From positions 87,359 to 151,358 of the forward strand of contig PANM01000013.1 of the NCBI GenBank assembly GCA_002708385.1: 64,000 nucleotides of DNA, given 5' to 3'. The notes below the pieces were generated by a model. The model ran no database searches. It was not told the DNA's origin and saw nothing but the letters and a program-made list of their open reading frames with translations. The stretch comes from Methanobacteriota archaeon (GTDB lineage: Archaea; Thermoplasmatota; Poseidoniia; Poseidoniales; Thalassarchaeaceae). The translations under genes and the position numbers were made by a program. Shown piece after piece: positions 1-8,483 of the stretch. Every line of letters begins with the position of its first letter. The first letter of the stretch is position 1.

Positions 1-48
1 CAGGTCATCGAGTAATTCGTTGGGCATATCGAGACTTATCTTTGGCAT
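1..48 (-). CDS. N-terminus of a probable ribbon-helix-helix (CopG/NikR-like) regulator, truncated by window edge
   Basis: Manual translation MPKISLDMPNELLDDL; beta-strand-Pro-helix pattern typical of RHH proteins. Confidence 0.5.
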   Translation of the reverse strand, partial: MPKISLDMPNELLDDL

Positions 49-84
49 GGTTGTGCGTAAACGTCCTCATTTTAGATATTACTG

Positions 85-106
85 TAGTATTATTCCAGTA
101 ATACTA
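85..106. promoter_or_regulatory. inverted repeat TAGTATTA-N6-TAATACTA upstream of RHH gene
   Basis: Perfect 8-bp arms 37-58 nt upstream of ATG at 48. Confidence 0.35.
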
Positions 107-394
107 TGATAAAACAACGGTTAATTCAGGATAATTTATACAAATTGTAGCTGACCTATCTCTAATCTGAGAAAAATGAACCATAATTTCGGAATGATCT
201 ATACTTGTACCTAACATGTTTGAAAGAACTGAAATTCCTCCCTGAATGACACCTGCTTCGAGGAAGGCATCATTGCTAATTTGACCAGAGTTTCTTAGTG
301 ATGCTAGCTCTAGTGACAAGTCTTCAGCAATTTGTTTCGCGGTCTCAAATGTCAACCTGTTTTCATCCAACAACTGACCTAGTTCTTGCAACAT
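104..394 (-). CDS. hypothetical protein
   Basis: ORF co-oriented with mce/mcm; ATG at 394 preferred; no recognised motif. Confidence 0.55.
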   Translation of the reverse strand: MLQELGQLLDENRLTFETAKQIAEDLSLELASLRNSGQISNDAFLEAGVIQGGISVLSNMLGTSIDHSEIMVHFSQIRDRSATICINYPELTVVLS

Positions 395-441
395 GGTAAA
401 TCGTCTAACCAATTACTTTTCACTATTACTTCCCACAACGT

Positions 442-843
442 CTAGTGTTCAACGAGTTCAACTAAAACTCCTCCAGTTGAAGAGGGGTGAACAAATGCTA
501 TTTTTGTGCCATTGGCACCAAATACTGGCTCTTCATTTATCATACGAATACCCAATGATTTTAACTTCTTTATTGAAGAATTTATATCATCGGTTTTTAC
601 TGCTATTTGTTGAACTCCTTCGCCCCTCTTTGTTAGGAACTGTCCAATAGGTGTATCTGAACCTAAAGGTTCTAAGAGCTCTATTTTTGGGCCGCCTGAG
701 GAGGTTTGAAAAAACCTAATTTTAACTCCCTGTTCCTCATTTAATTGGTCAATACCTTGAATAAAACCGAGACTACTCCAAAATTCACTATGATCCTCTA
801 AGGAATGGGTGGCTATTCCAATGTGATCTATTCCTTCGCTCAT
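442..843 (-). CDS. mce: methylmalonyl-CoA epimerase (VOC fold)
   Basis: IDHIGIA, IELLEP, FLTKRGEG, AFVHPSSTGGVLVELVE motifs; adjacent to mutase. Confidence 0.92.
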   Translation of the reverse strand: MSEGIDHIGIATHSLEDHSEFWSSLGFIQGIDQLNEEQGVKIRFFQTSSGGPKIELLEPLGSDTPIGQFLTKRGEGVQQIAVKTDDINSSIKKLKSLGIRMINEEPVFGANGTKIAFVHPSSTGGVLVELVEH

Positions 844-844
844 A

Positions 845-2437
845 TCAGACACCACTCGGAGCAATCCAGGTACCAAAAACGTCCCTAAGTACGTCGTTTA
901 CCTCTCCCAATGTGACTTCTTCTTTGTAAGCTTCAATCATTATTTCTAGTAAATTTTCATTATTTTTGGCTGCTCTTCGGATACCTTGTAGGTGTTGTTG
1001 AATAACGAAATTATCGCGATTAATTTTCATCTCAAGTAGTTGATTGATTTGATTTTGTGATTTTGAGGGGTCAATGATATGGCCAAATTTTGCGGACTCA
1101 TCCGATTCACTGAATTTGTTTACTCCGACCACAGAAGTTTCCCCGCTTTCTATAGCCTGTAATTGGTTCCAAGCGGACTCATGAATTTCTCGTTGCTGAT
1201 ATCCTGATATTACACAATTCATTGCACCCCCATTAGATTCTATTGATTCTATTAATTTCTTAGATTCATCATACAACTTAGTTGTTAATTCTTCTACTAA
1301 ATATGAACCAGCTAATGGATCCACTGTAGTAGGTATATTTGTTTCATGGGCTAAAATTTGTTGAGTTCTAAGAGCGAGTAATGCCGATTCCTCGGTAGGT
1401 AAGCCAATTGCTTCATCGTAAGAGTTAGTATGGAGGCTCTGTGTGCCTCCAAGTACAGCAGCTAAAGCTTGGTAAGCTACTCTAACTGAATTATTAATCG
1501 GTTGTTGGGCAGTTAGTGTCACTCCAGCAGTTTGAGTGTGAAATCTCAACATAGTTGATTTCGGATTATTCGGTTGAAATCTTTCAGTGACTAGATCATA
1601 CCATAGTTTTCTAGCTGATCTAAATTTTGCTACTTCCTCGAAAAAATCATTATGACAACCAAAAAAGAATGAAATCCTTGGTGCAACATCATCTATGTCA
1701 ATCCCTACGTTGACCGCTTGTTGAATATACTCCAACCCATTTGACAGTGTAAAGGCAATTTCTTGAGTAGCTGTACATCCTGCCTCCCTCATGTGATAAC
1801 CGCTGACTGATATAGTATTCCAAAGGGGAGTGTTTTCCTTACTCCATGACATTAAATCGGTGGTTAATCTAATAGATTCCAAAGGGGGGAAAATATACAG
1901 CCCTCTGGCTATATATTCCTTCAATATGTCATTTTGAACGGTGCCTCTTAGTTCATTTCTAGGCACACCCTTTTCATCCGCATAAGCTACATAAAGAGCA
2001 AATAATGAAGTTGCAGGTGCATTAATTGTCATAGATGTTGATACAATAGACAAATCTATGCCCTCGAATAAGTCTCTCATATCGTGGATTGAATCTATTG
2101 CGACCCCTACCTTACCCACCTCGCCTATAGCCAAATCTGAATCAGAATCTAATCCTAGTTGGGTAGGTAAATCGAAAGCAACGGAGAGGCCTGATTGGCC
2201 CTTGGATAAAAGTTCATGAAATCTCAAATTGGTAGATTTTGCATTTGAAAAACCAGCATATTGTCTCATAGTCCACAGTTTATCTAAGTACATGTTTTTG
2301 TGGATTCCCCGTGTATAAGGTGGATCACCAGATGAACCTAATGATTGATGAGAAAATTCTATCCCATTTAGTGTATTAATTGTTGGGTGACTGGAGCGAT
2401 CAGTAGTCAAACCTTCCCCACCTACGTCACTATCCAT
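845..2437 (-). CDS. mcmA: methylmalonyl-CoA mutase, substrate-binding subunit (start uncertain)
   Basis: PYTRG, WTMRQYAGF, GLSVAFDLPTQLG, QNDILKEY, GGTQSLHTN motifs; no B12-binding domain (split archaeal form). Confidence 0.93.
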   Translation of the reverse strand: MDSDVGGEGLTTDRSSHPTINTLNGIEFSHQSLGSSGDPPYTRGIHKNMYLDKLWTMRQYAGFSNAKSTNLRFHELLSKGQSGLSVAFDLPTQLGLDSDSDLAIGEVGKVGVAIDSIHDMRDLFEGIDLSIVSTSMTINAPATSLFALYVAYADEKGVPRNELRGTVQNDILKEYIARGLYIFPPLESIRLTTDLMSWSKENTPLWNTISVSGYHMREAGCTATQEIAFTLSNGLEYIQQAVNVGIDIDDVAPRISFFFGCHNDFFEEVAKFRSARKLWYDLVTERFQPNNPKSTMLRFHTQTAGVTLTAQQPINNSVRVAYQALAAVLGGTQSLHTNSYDEAIGLPTEESALLALRTQQILAHETNIPTTVDPLAGSYLVEELTTKLYDESKKLIESIESNGGAMNCVISGYQQREIHESAWNQLQAIESGETSVVGVNKFSESDESAKFGHIIDPSKSQNQINQLLEMKINRDNFVIQQHLQGIRRAAKNNENLLEIMIEAYKEEVTLGEVNDVLRDVFGTWIAPSGV

Positions 2438-2483
2438 AGTTACCCGAAGTGGATAAGATGCATGAACTCTATGTAAAAAAGGT

Positions 2484-3224
2484 CTATCTCCTGATTGTAT
2501 AATCATCAACGACTGAATTTAGTTTTTCTGCTTGTGCATCATCTAAAATACCTTCATTTTGTTTGTCTAAAATAAATTGTTTCGCGTCTTGGGTGGTTTG
2601 CCTTTCTCCCTTAGCCCAAATTGAACCTAATAGTGAAGAATGGTATTCCTCTGCAACATCAATGTCCTTCAATAGTCCTCGGACTTCGTATTTGTATTCC
2701 ATATGTCTTGACCGGTCTAATCTTTGTTCTTTGGTAGCAGGTTGAAATTTAGGTTTAGGTCTTCTGAAGGATTTGACCGGTTTTGTTGGCGTGGACTTGA
2801 CTGGTTTTTGTTGTTTCTCGGCAATTGCGTTAGCATTGGCTCTAGCCTTAGTCGCTTCAATAATTTCCATTGCTTTTGAGCTAGTGGTGGGTAATTCCTC
2901 TTCAGATTCTTGTTCTTCTACGGTTGACAGGCCTCTTGTTCGCCTTTTCGTAACACCAAGTACTTGTTCTTCCAGTATTGACTCATCTTCGTTTACCGTA
3001 ATTTCTTTTTCATGCGTCTTTTCCGGTTGTGATTTTGTTTTTTGTTTGACAGTGGTTTTGGCCTTAGGAGGTATTTGTGTTGGAGGTAAACTAGGTTTAG
3101 CCGGTGTAGCTTTAGTGGGTGTTGAAACGACGCTTTTCTTGGAAGGTGGTTTCGGTGATTTGCCCCCTGATGATTTATCGAAAATATTCCGAGGCTCACT
3201 TCGTGGTTTCCTACGTCGCTGCAC
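2484..3224 (-). CDS. hypothetical protein, Lys/Pro-rich disordered N-terminus plus C-terminal helical domain
   Basis: 246-aa ORF co-oriented with neighbours; low-complexity N-terminal ~165 aa. Confidence 0.7.
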   Translation of the reverse strand: MQRRRKPRSEPRNIFDKSSGGKSPKPPSKKSVVSTPTKATPAKPSLPPTQIPPKAKTTVKQKTKSQPEKTHEKEITVNEDESILEEQVLGVTKRRTRGLSTVEEQESEEELPTTSSKAMEIIEATKARANANAIAEKQQKPVKSTPTKPVKSFRRPKPKFQPATKEQRLDRSRHMEYKYEVRGLLKDIDVAEEYHSSLLGSIWAKGERQTTQDAKQFILDKQNEGILDDAQAEKLNSVVDDYTIRR

Positions 3225-3288
3225 TATATTTCCATCCTATATCTCTAATCGCAGGTAGAATCCTTGTTAAGACTTCGCAATTAGACAC

Positions 3289-4299
3289 TTAATCCCATTC
3301 CACTAATGTATGATCGGTTCTTAGCGAAGGGTTCACCAAACTATCATTGTATTTGGTGATTGAGTTTGATTCTAACATTCTCCTTCCTAACTCAGCTATC
3401 ATAGTCCCATTATCAATACAGTATTGTTTTTCTGGCCAGACACCAATAGACCCTCTTTGTCCACACATTACTTGTGTCATCTCTCTTATCCTTTCGTTAC
3501 AGGCTACACCACCGCCAAGTAATAATTCACGCTTTCCAGTATGAGCCAATGCTCTTTCGGCTACCTCAATGCAAGCAGAAAATGCATGTTCCTGTAACGA
3601 CCAACATACAGCCCCTAATTCATGGCCTTCATTGATTCTTTGTAAAGCCGCATTTAACAAACCTGAGAAATTTAAATCCATACCTTGAACACTGTATGGT
3701 AAAGGAATTTCTTCAACATCAGCTGCAGGGTTTAATTCGTGCCATTCTTTTGCTAGTTTCTCGATTTTTGGCCCACCCGGGAAGGCCAATCCTTGTGTTC
3801 TAGCAAATTTATCTAACATATTACCTATGCCTATATCCAATGTTTCTCCTAATACTTGGTATCTGTCACCAGCTCTAGCGATAACCTGAGTGTTACCTCC
3901 GCTGACATAAAGTAAGACTGGGTCTTTACACCCTGTTTGATTTCTGCCGATTTCAATATGTGCCACACAGTGATTTACCCCTATTAGGGGAACTTGCCAA
4001 TGTTCTGCAAGCGCCCTTGATACATTAGCTCCAATTCGAAGGCAAGGTCCTAATCCTGGACCTTGACTGTAGGCAATAGCTTCAATTTGTGAACGGTCTA
4101 TTTTTTCTGTTTTCATTAATTTATCTATTAACTGACTAGATAACTCTGAGTGGTGGTCGGCTGCTTCCCTGGGGTGTATTCCTCCCTCTTCCGGTCTATA
4201 CAAGGCTGAGTGTGATTTGCGTGGAATACCGCATAAAGTTACTAGGCCAAATGAAAAGGTGTGAGCGGTGCTCTCTACCCCTATGATTACCTTGTTCAC
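3289..4299 (-). CDS. kae1: KEOPS N6-threonylcarbamoyladenosine synthase Kae1/TsaD
   Basis: GVESTAHT, GGIHPREAADHH, GVNHCVAHIE, YVSGGNTQ, CIDNGTMIA. Confidence 0.96.
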   Translation of the reverse strand: MNKVIIGVESTAHTFSFGLVTLCGIPRKSHSALYRPEEGGIHPREAADHHSELSSQLIDKLMKTEKIDRSQIEAIAYSQGPGLGPCLRIGANVSRALAEHWQVPLIGVNHCVAHIEIGRNQTGCKDPVLLYVSGGNTQVIARAGDRYQVLGETLDIGIGNMLDKFARTQGLAFPGGPKIEKLAKEWHELNPAADVEEIPLPYSVQGMDLNFSGLLNAALQRINEGHELGAVCWSLQEHAFSACIEVAERALAHTGKRELLLGGGVACNERIREMTQVMCGQRGSIGVWPEKQYCIDNGTMIAELGRRMLESNSITKYNDSLVNPSLRTDHTLVEWD

Positions 4300-4349
4300 A
4301 TGGCTTTGAGTGGTGAACTACATATCAATGAAACGTTTGTATCTCTTCA

Positions 4350-5615
4350 ATGAGCCTGTTGCTGCTGAATACTGGGCCTATAGCTACCATCGATAATGGT
4401 GATCCAACAATTCCGCTGACCGGCAGCGATATGAGTGATACCGAGACACTCACTCTGCCATCTGGAAATGGGGTATTTATTGAAAATGGTATCATAAAAA
4501 AAATCGAACAATCGGATTGTTTATCTAATGAATTTGGTTCTGAAGATACGAAAGATTTGACTGTAATTGATTGTAATTATCAAGCCATTATACCCGGATT
4601 TGTGGACTCTCATACACATCTATTGTGGGATGGTGATCGCTCTAATGAAATGCAATTACGCCAACAAGGACTTACCTATTCTGATATAGCTAATCTCGGT
4701 GGTGGAATTAACAAAACTGTAGAATTTACCAGAAATGCTCCTCTAGAGAAATTACTTGCTTTGGGTAGAAACCGAATAGAACGAGCAGTAAACCTAGGCA
4801 TTACAACTATCGAATGTAAAAGTGGCTATGGATTGGATATTGAATCTGAAATCAAATTATTAAAAGCCTCGAACATATTATCCGGAACATCGCTTGTAGA
4901 TATTCATTCAACATGGCTAGGGGCTCATGATATTCCCAAAGGTGTGAAGGCTGGAGATTATGTAGAGTCATTAATATCTGAACAATTACCCGCTGTTGTT
5001 GAACAAGGATATGCAAAATATTGCGATGTTTTCTGTGAACCCGGTTGGTTCACTCTAGAACAGACAGAGGACATAGTGAAGGCCGCCAAGACATATGGGT
5101 TTACACCAAGATTACATGTAGACGAATTTGTAGATGGGAATGGATTGCAATTAGCAGCAGAACTAGGTGCCGTCAGTGGCGATCATGTAGGGCACTCTTC
5201 GGATGAAGCCAGAGAATACGCGACCAAATCTGGAACCATGCAAACCTTCCTCCCTGGAACTCCCTATGTTCTTGGCCACCATCTAAATTCCCCATTACGT
5301 CGTTGTGTAGATAATAATTGGCAATTTTCGCTGGCTACGGACTTCAATCCTAATTGTCAAACATTGTCAATTCCTTTTGTAGGTAGTCTGGCTACACATC
5401 GTCTAAACCTAACCCCATTAGAAGCACTCGTGGCTGTAACTCGTAATCCCGCCACTACACTACTGGATTCAACTAATTCACTAGTCCCCGGAAGCATAAG
5501 GGAAGGCGGACCTGCAGATTTACTAATATTGAATTCTCAACACATAGATGCTTGGTGTCAAATGCCAGGGGATAATCCAATCCATCATACAATCAAGTCC
5601 GGCCTCATATTGTAA
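4350..5615 (+). CDS. hutI: imidazolonepropionase
   Basis: PGFVDSHTH, ECKSGYGL, CDVFCE, LATDFNP; near hutH/hutU. Confidence 0.93.
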   Translation: MSLLLLNTGPIATIDNGDPTIPLTGSDMSDTETLTLPSGNGVFIENGIIKKIEQSDCLSNEFGSEDTKDLTVIDCNYQAIIPGFVDSHTHLLWDGDRSNEMQLRQQGLTYSDIANLGGGINKTVEFTRNAPLEKLLALGRNRIERAVNLGITTIECKSGYGLDIESEIKLLKASNILSGTSLVDIHSTWLGAHDIPKGVKAGDYVESLISEQLPAVVEQGYAKYCDVFCEPGWFTLEQTEDIVKAAKTYGFTPRLHVDEFVDGNGLQLAAELGAVSGDHVGHSSDEAREYATKSGTMQTFLPGTPYVLGHHLNSPLRRCVDNNWQFSLATDFNPNCQTLSIPFVGSLATHRLNLTPLEALVAVTRNPATTLLDSTNSLVPGSIREGGPADLLILNSQHIDAWCQMPGDNPIHHTIKSGLIL

Positions 5616-5901
5616 AATAGTTAAGGCTAATACAGAACACCATTTCACAACACGCGATTCCTTATAATTAATTATCAATTTACAACAGTACGTTGGGAGC
5701 CAAACATAGAATGTGACTAAGATTATGTAATTATCATTCCAAACTCGAGCATCTGTGAACTGATAACAGTAGTTATCGGCCTTAGATTAGTAGTCCCACC
5801 TTAACATAGGCTCTCAGTACGACGATTTTTGATTATCAGAGGAAAATTACCAATTCCTCCCTCATAGACGCATTAAAATTTCTCCAATACATCGGAGATA
5901 C

Positions 5902-6057
5902 ATGACAGAAGGAATTTCCGGCTTCTGTATGAAATGTAAACACAGGCGAATCATATCTAATCCGACTAATGTTAAGATGAGTAATGGCCGAATTAGAGTC
6001 ACAGGACATTGTAGCTGGAAAAACTGTGATGGAAAAATTTCCAAGATCATTTCATAG
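5902..6057 (+). CDS. 51-aa basic zinc-ribbon protein (DUF5679-like), absent from ORF track
   Basis: GGAGA SD then ATG; MTEGISGFCMKCKHRRIISNPTNVKMSNGRIRVTGHCSWKNCDGKISKIIS; CxxC...MxNGR..G.C...C pattern. Confidence 0.75.
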   Translation: MTEGISGFCMKCKHRRIISNPTNVKMSNGRIRVTGHCSWKNCDGKISKIIS

Positions 6058-6114
6058 ATGGAAGACTAAAGGCAGAATCATTCATTTGGGAGAATATAGC
6101 CCACTAAGATATCT

Positions 6115-6190
6115 GGGCTCGTGGTCTAGGGGTTATGACGTCGCCTTGACATGGCGAAGATCGCAGGTTCAATTCCTGCCGAGCCCACCA
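6115..6190 (+). tRNA. tRNA-Val(GAC)
   Basis: GGGCTCG/CGAGCCC acceptor stem, anticodon arm TCGCC-TTGACAT-GGCGA, T-loop GGTTCAATTCC, encoded CCA. Confidence 0.97.
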
Positions 6191-6208
6191 GATAATTTAT
6201 TTCACCTA

Positions 6209-6934
6209 TTAGTGGTTTTCAAATGTATATGAAAATCTGATTCTACCCTTACCTTTGTTTTTCTTACCAACATATTCAATGAAGGGGATTTTTGCAGTAT
6301 TGTCAACATGGGTACCTGCACATGGGCACAGATCAATGTCTTCTACTTCTACAACTCTTAGTTCCTTAACGGAGGACGGAATTCTGTCCATGAATTTAGT
6401 GTGTCTCATTTGTTCATGTCCCATAATTTGCTCACGTGACCATTGATGGATGTTGACTGGTATGTTTTTACTCAAGATACCATTTACAGTTGACACTAAT
6501 ACATCGGGTTCGAATTGCGATTTATCTTCGAATAGTAAATCTACCCTGGATTTATCAAATGTTAATTGATTCCCGACAGTTTCAGCACCCCAAATATCTT
6601 CGGCTATCGCTGACACAATGTGTTGTGCTGTGTGCATACTTGTGTGTCTATTCCTACGTTCAACATCTATGTGACAGGTAATTAAATCACCCATTTCGAA
6701 AAGGTCTGGTTCCTCAACAGGATGGGCGATCATATCCCCTGAAACTACCTCATGCATTTTCGATTTACTTTCTTTAGATTTGATTATGCCCGTATCCCCA
6801 GGTTGACCTCCCCCCCGAGGGTAGCAATAAGTAGATTTTAGGAATATATTGTCTCCCTGAATATCTACGATTTCCGAAATAAAAGGTTTTGGATTTAGAC
6901 CAGGATGTTGTGTCATATGCATTTTTTCTTGCAT
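6209..6934 (-). CDS. alaX: AlaX-M type alanyl-tRNA editing protein
   Basis: YPRGGGQPGDTG, HTAQH, CAGTH zinc motifs. Confidence 0.9.
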   Translation of the reverse strand: MQEKMHMTQHPGLNPKPFISEIVDIQGDNIFLKSTYCYPRGGGQPGDTGIIKSKESKSKMHEVVSGDMIAHPVEEPDLFEMGDLITCHIDVERRNRHTSMHTAQHIVSAIAEDIWGAETVGNQLTFDKSRVDLLFEDKSQFEPDVLVSTVNGILSKNIPVNIHQWSREQIMGHEQMRHTKFMDRIPSSVKELRVVEVEDIDLCPCAGTHVDNTAKIPFIEYVGKKNKGKGRIRFSYTFENH

Positions 6935-6938
6935 GGAA

Positions 6939-8462
6939 TCACCCAAAAATTTCGTGCGGATCAACCAACAACATCGAATTTGCTAGTGATTGACATTCCT
7001 GACTCATTACTCTATCTCCTTCGAATGGTTCAACATATTTACGAACCCATTTTTTCAAATTAACTACGCCATTTCCGGGTTGAATCGATAATCTTTCTAG
7101 TGATTCTATTGAACAAACCAATTCGTTAGCAATAACTTGAGATAGTAATGTTGTTGATTTTAGAGACCGAAATGTTCCTGTGGCCCCCATTGATACATGA
7201 TCTTCCTTACCCATGCTAACAGGAACATTAGACGTAGTTACTGGGTTCGACAAAAGATGTAATTCTGCTATGCAGGCCGCAGCGACATATTGTACAATCA
7301 TATATCCGCTTTCCAATCCTTCATCAATAGCTAAGAAAGCCGATTGGCCACCCCAATTAGGGTCAAGGACTTGGTTAATTCTACGCTCCGCAATTGATGC
7401 TAGTTCGTGGCACGCAACCGCTATAGAATCACTAGCGAGGGCTAAGTTTTGTCCATGGAAATTACCACCACTGATTATTTCTGAACCATTTTTTCCATAG
7501 AATACTAATGGGTTATCTGTAGCGCTATTGATTTCTATTTTTAGTAACCTTCGAGTCTCAATAGCTATGTCAATTACAGGACCATGGACCTGTGGCACAC
7601 ATCTGAAACAATATGCGTCTTGTACTCTATCACAATCTTCGTGGGATAGTTTAACTTGTGAGTTATGCAAGAATCCAGCGATTCTTGATGCAGATATCAG
7701 TTGTCCTCTCTGAGGCCTATTGTTGTGAATTCGTGGGTCAAAAGGGGAATGAGAACCCCTAATGGCTTCTAATGAACATGCTGCGGAAGCATCTGCGAAC
7801 AGTAATAATCGTTCTAAATTTAACAACGTTAGAGAAAGGTATGTGCACATTTGGCTTGTTCCATTAATCAGTGATAGCCCTTCTTTTGCTTGTAACTTTA
7901 CAGGCTTCAGATTATTTTCGATAAGAATCTCTGAGGTAGGATATTCCTTCCAGCCCGATTTACCCCTAACCAAACAACTTCCTTCCCCAATTAGTCCTAA
8001 GGCCATATGTGACAACGGGGCTAGGTCCCCAGAAGCACCTAATGAGCCAATTCTAGGTATAATTGGGGCGATACCTAGGTTAATCATTTCAATTAGTAAT
8101 TTCACAACCTCTGGTCGAATTCCTGATACGCCTTTTGCTAGTGAATTTGCACGATATACCATCATTAAAAGTACATGTTCAGGGTCCATGAGCTCACCAA
8201 CTCCACAAGCATGACTACGTATCAGGTTAGTCTGTAACTTGGCTAATTCAGTCTCATCAATTTTGACTGAAGACATCGCCCCAAATCCAGTATTTATTCC
8301 ATAAACTACTTGATCAGAATTTACAATCTCCTCCACTACCTGTCTAGATTGCGACATTCTATCGATAGCTTGGTCGCACAGAACTAAAGTGGATTGACCA
8401 ATTGATGCAGAATATGCAGACTCGATAGTGAGTGTTTGACCATCGATTAGAACAGTGGCCAT
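6939..8462 (-). CDS. hutH: histidine ammonia-lyase
   Basis: VYGINTGFG, GASGDLAPLSH (MIO), KEGLSLINGT, QDAYCFRC, GGNFHG. Confidence 0.96.
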   Translation of the reverse strand: MATVLIDGQTLTIESAYSASIGQSTLVLCDQAIDRMSQSRQVVEEIVNSDQVVYGINTGFGAMSSVKIDETELAKLQTNLIRSHACGVGELMDPEHVLLMMVYRANSLAKGVSGIRPEVVKLLIEMINLGIAPIIPRIGSLGASGDLAPLSHMALGLIGEGSCLVRGKSGWKEYPTSEILIENNLKPVKLQAKEGLSLINGTSQMCTYLSLTLLNLERLLLFADASAACSLEAIRGSHSPFDPRIHNNRPQRGQLISASRIAGFLHNSQVKLSHEDCDRVQDAYCFRCVPQVHGPVIDIAIETRRLLKIEINSATDNPLVFYGKNGSEIISGGNFHGQNLALASDSIAVACHELASIAERRINQVLDPNWGGQSAFLAIDEGLESGYMIVQYVAAACIAELHLLSNPVTTSNVPVSMGKEDHVSMGATGTFRSLKSTTLLSQVIANELVCSIESLERLSIQPGNGVVNLKKWVRKYVEPFEGDRVMSQECQSLANSMLLVDPHEIFG

Positions 8463-8483
8463 GATGTTGCCGAGTCAGGACCA

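Noticed and set aside
2773-3258. Long antisense ORFs (also 393-650, 7762-8214, 12073-12606, 17494-17883, 33188-33727 and similar)
   Set aside because: Shadow ORFs opposite well-supported genes, with no motifs of their own
6115-6190. tRNA as integration site for an island
   Set aside because: No integrase, and I saw no duplicated tRNA 3' end; flanking genes are housekeeping or metabolic
5984-6232. 82-aa ORF in the track
   Set aside because: Runs through tRNA-Val and overlaps the better-supported 5902-6057 ORF in another frame
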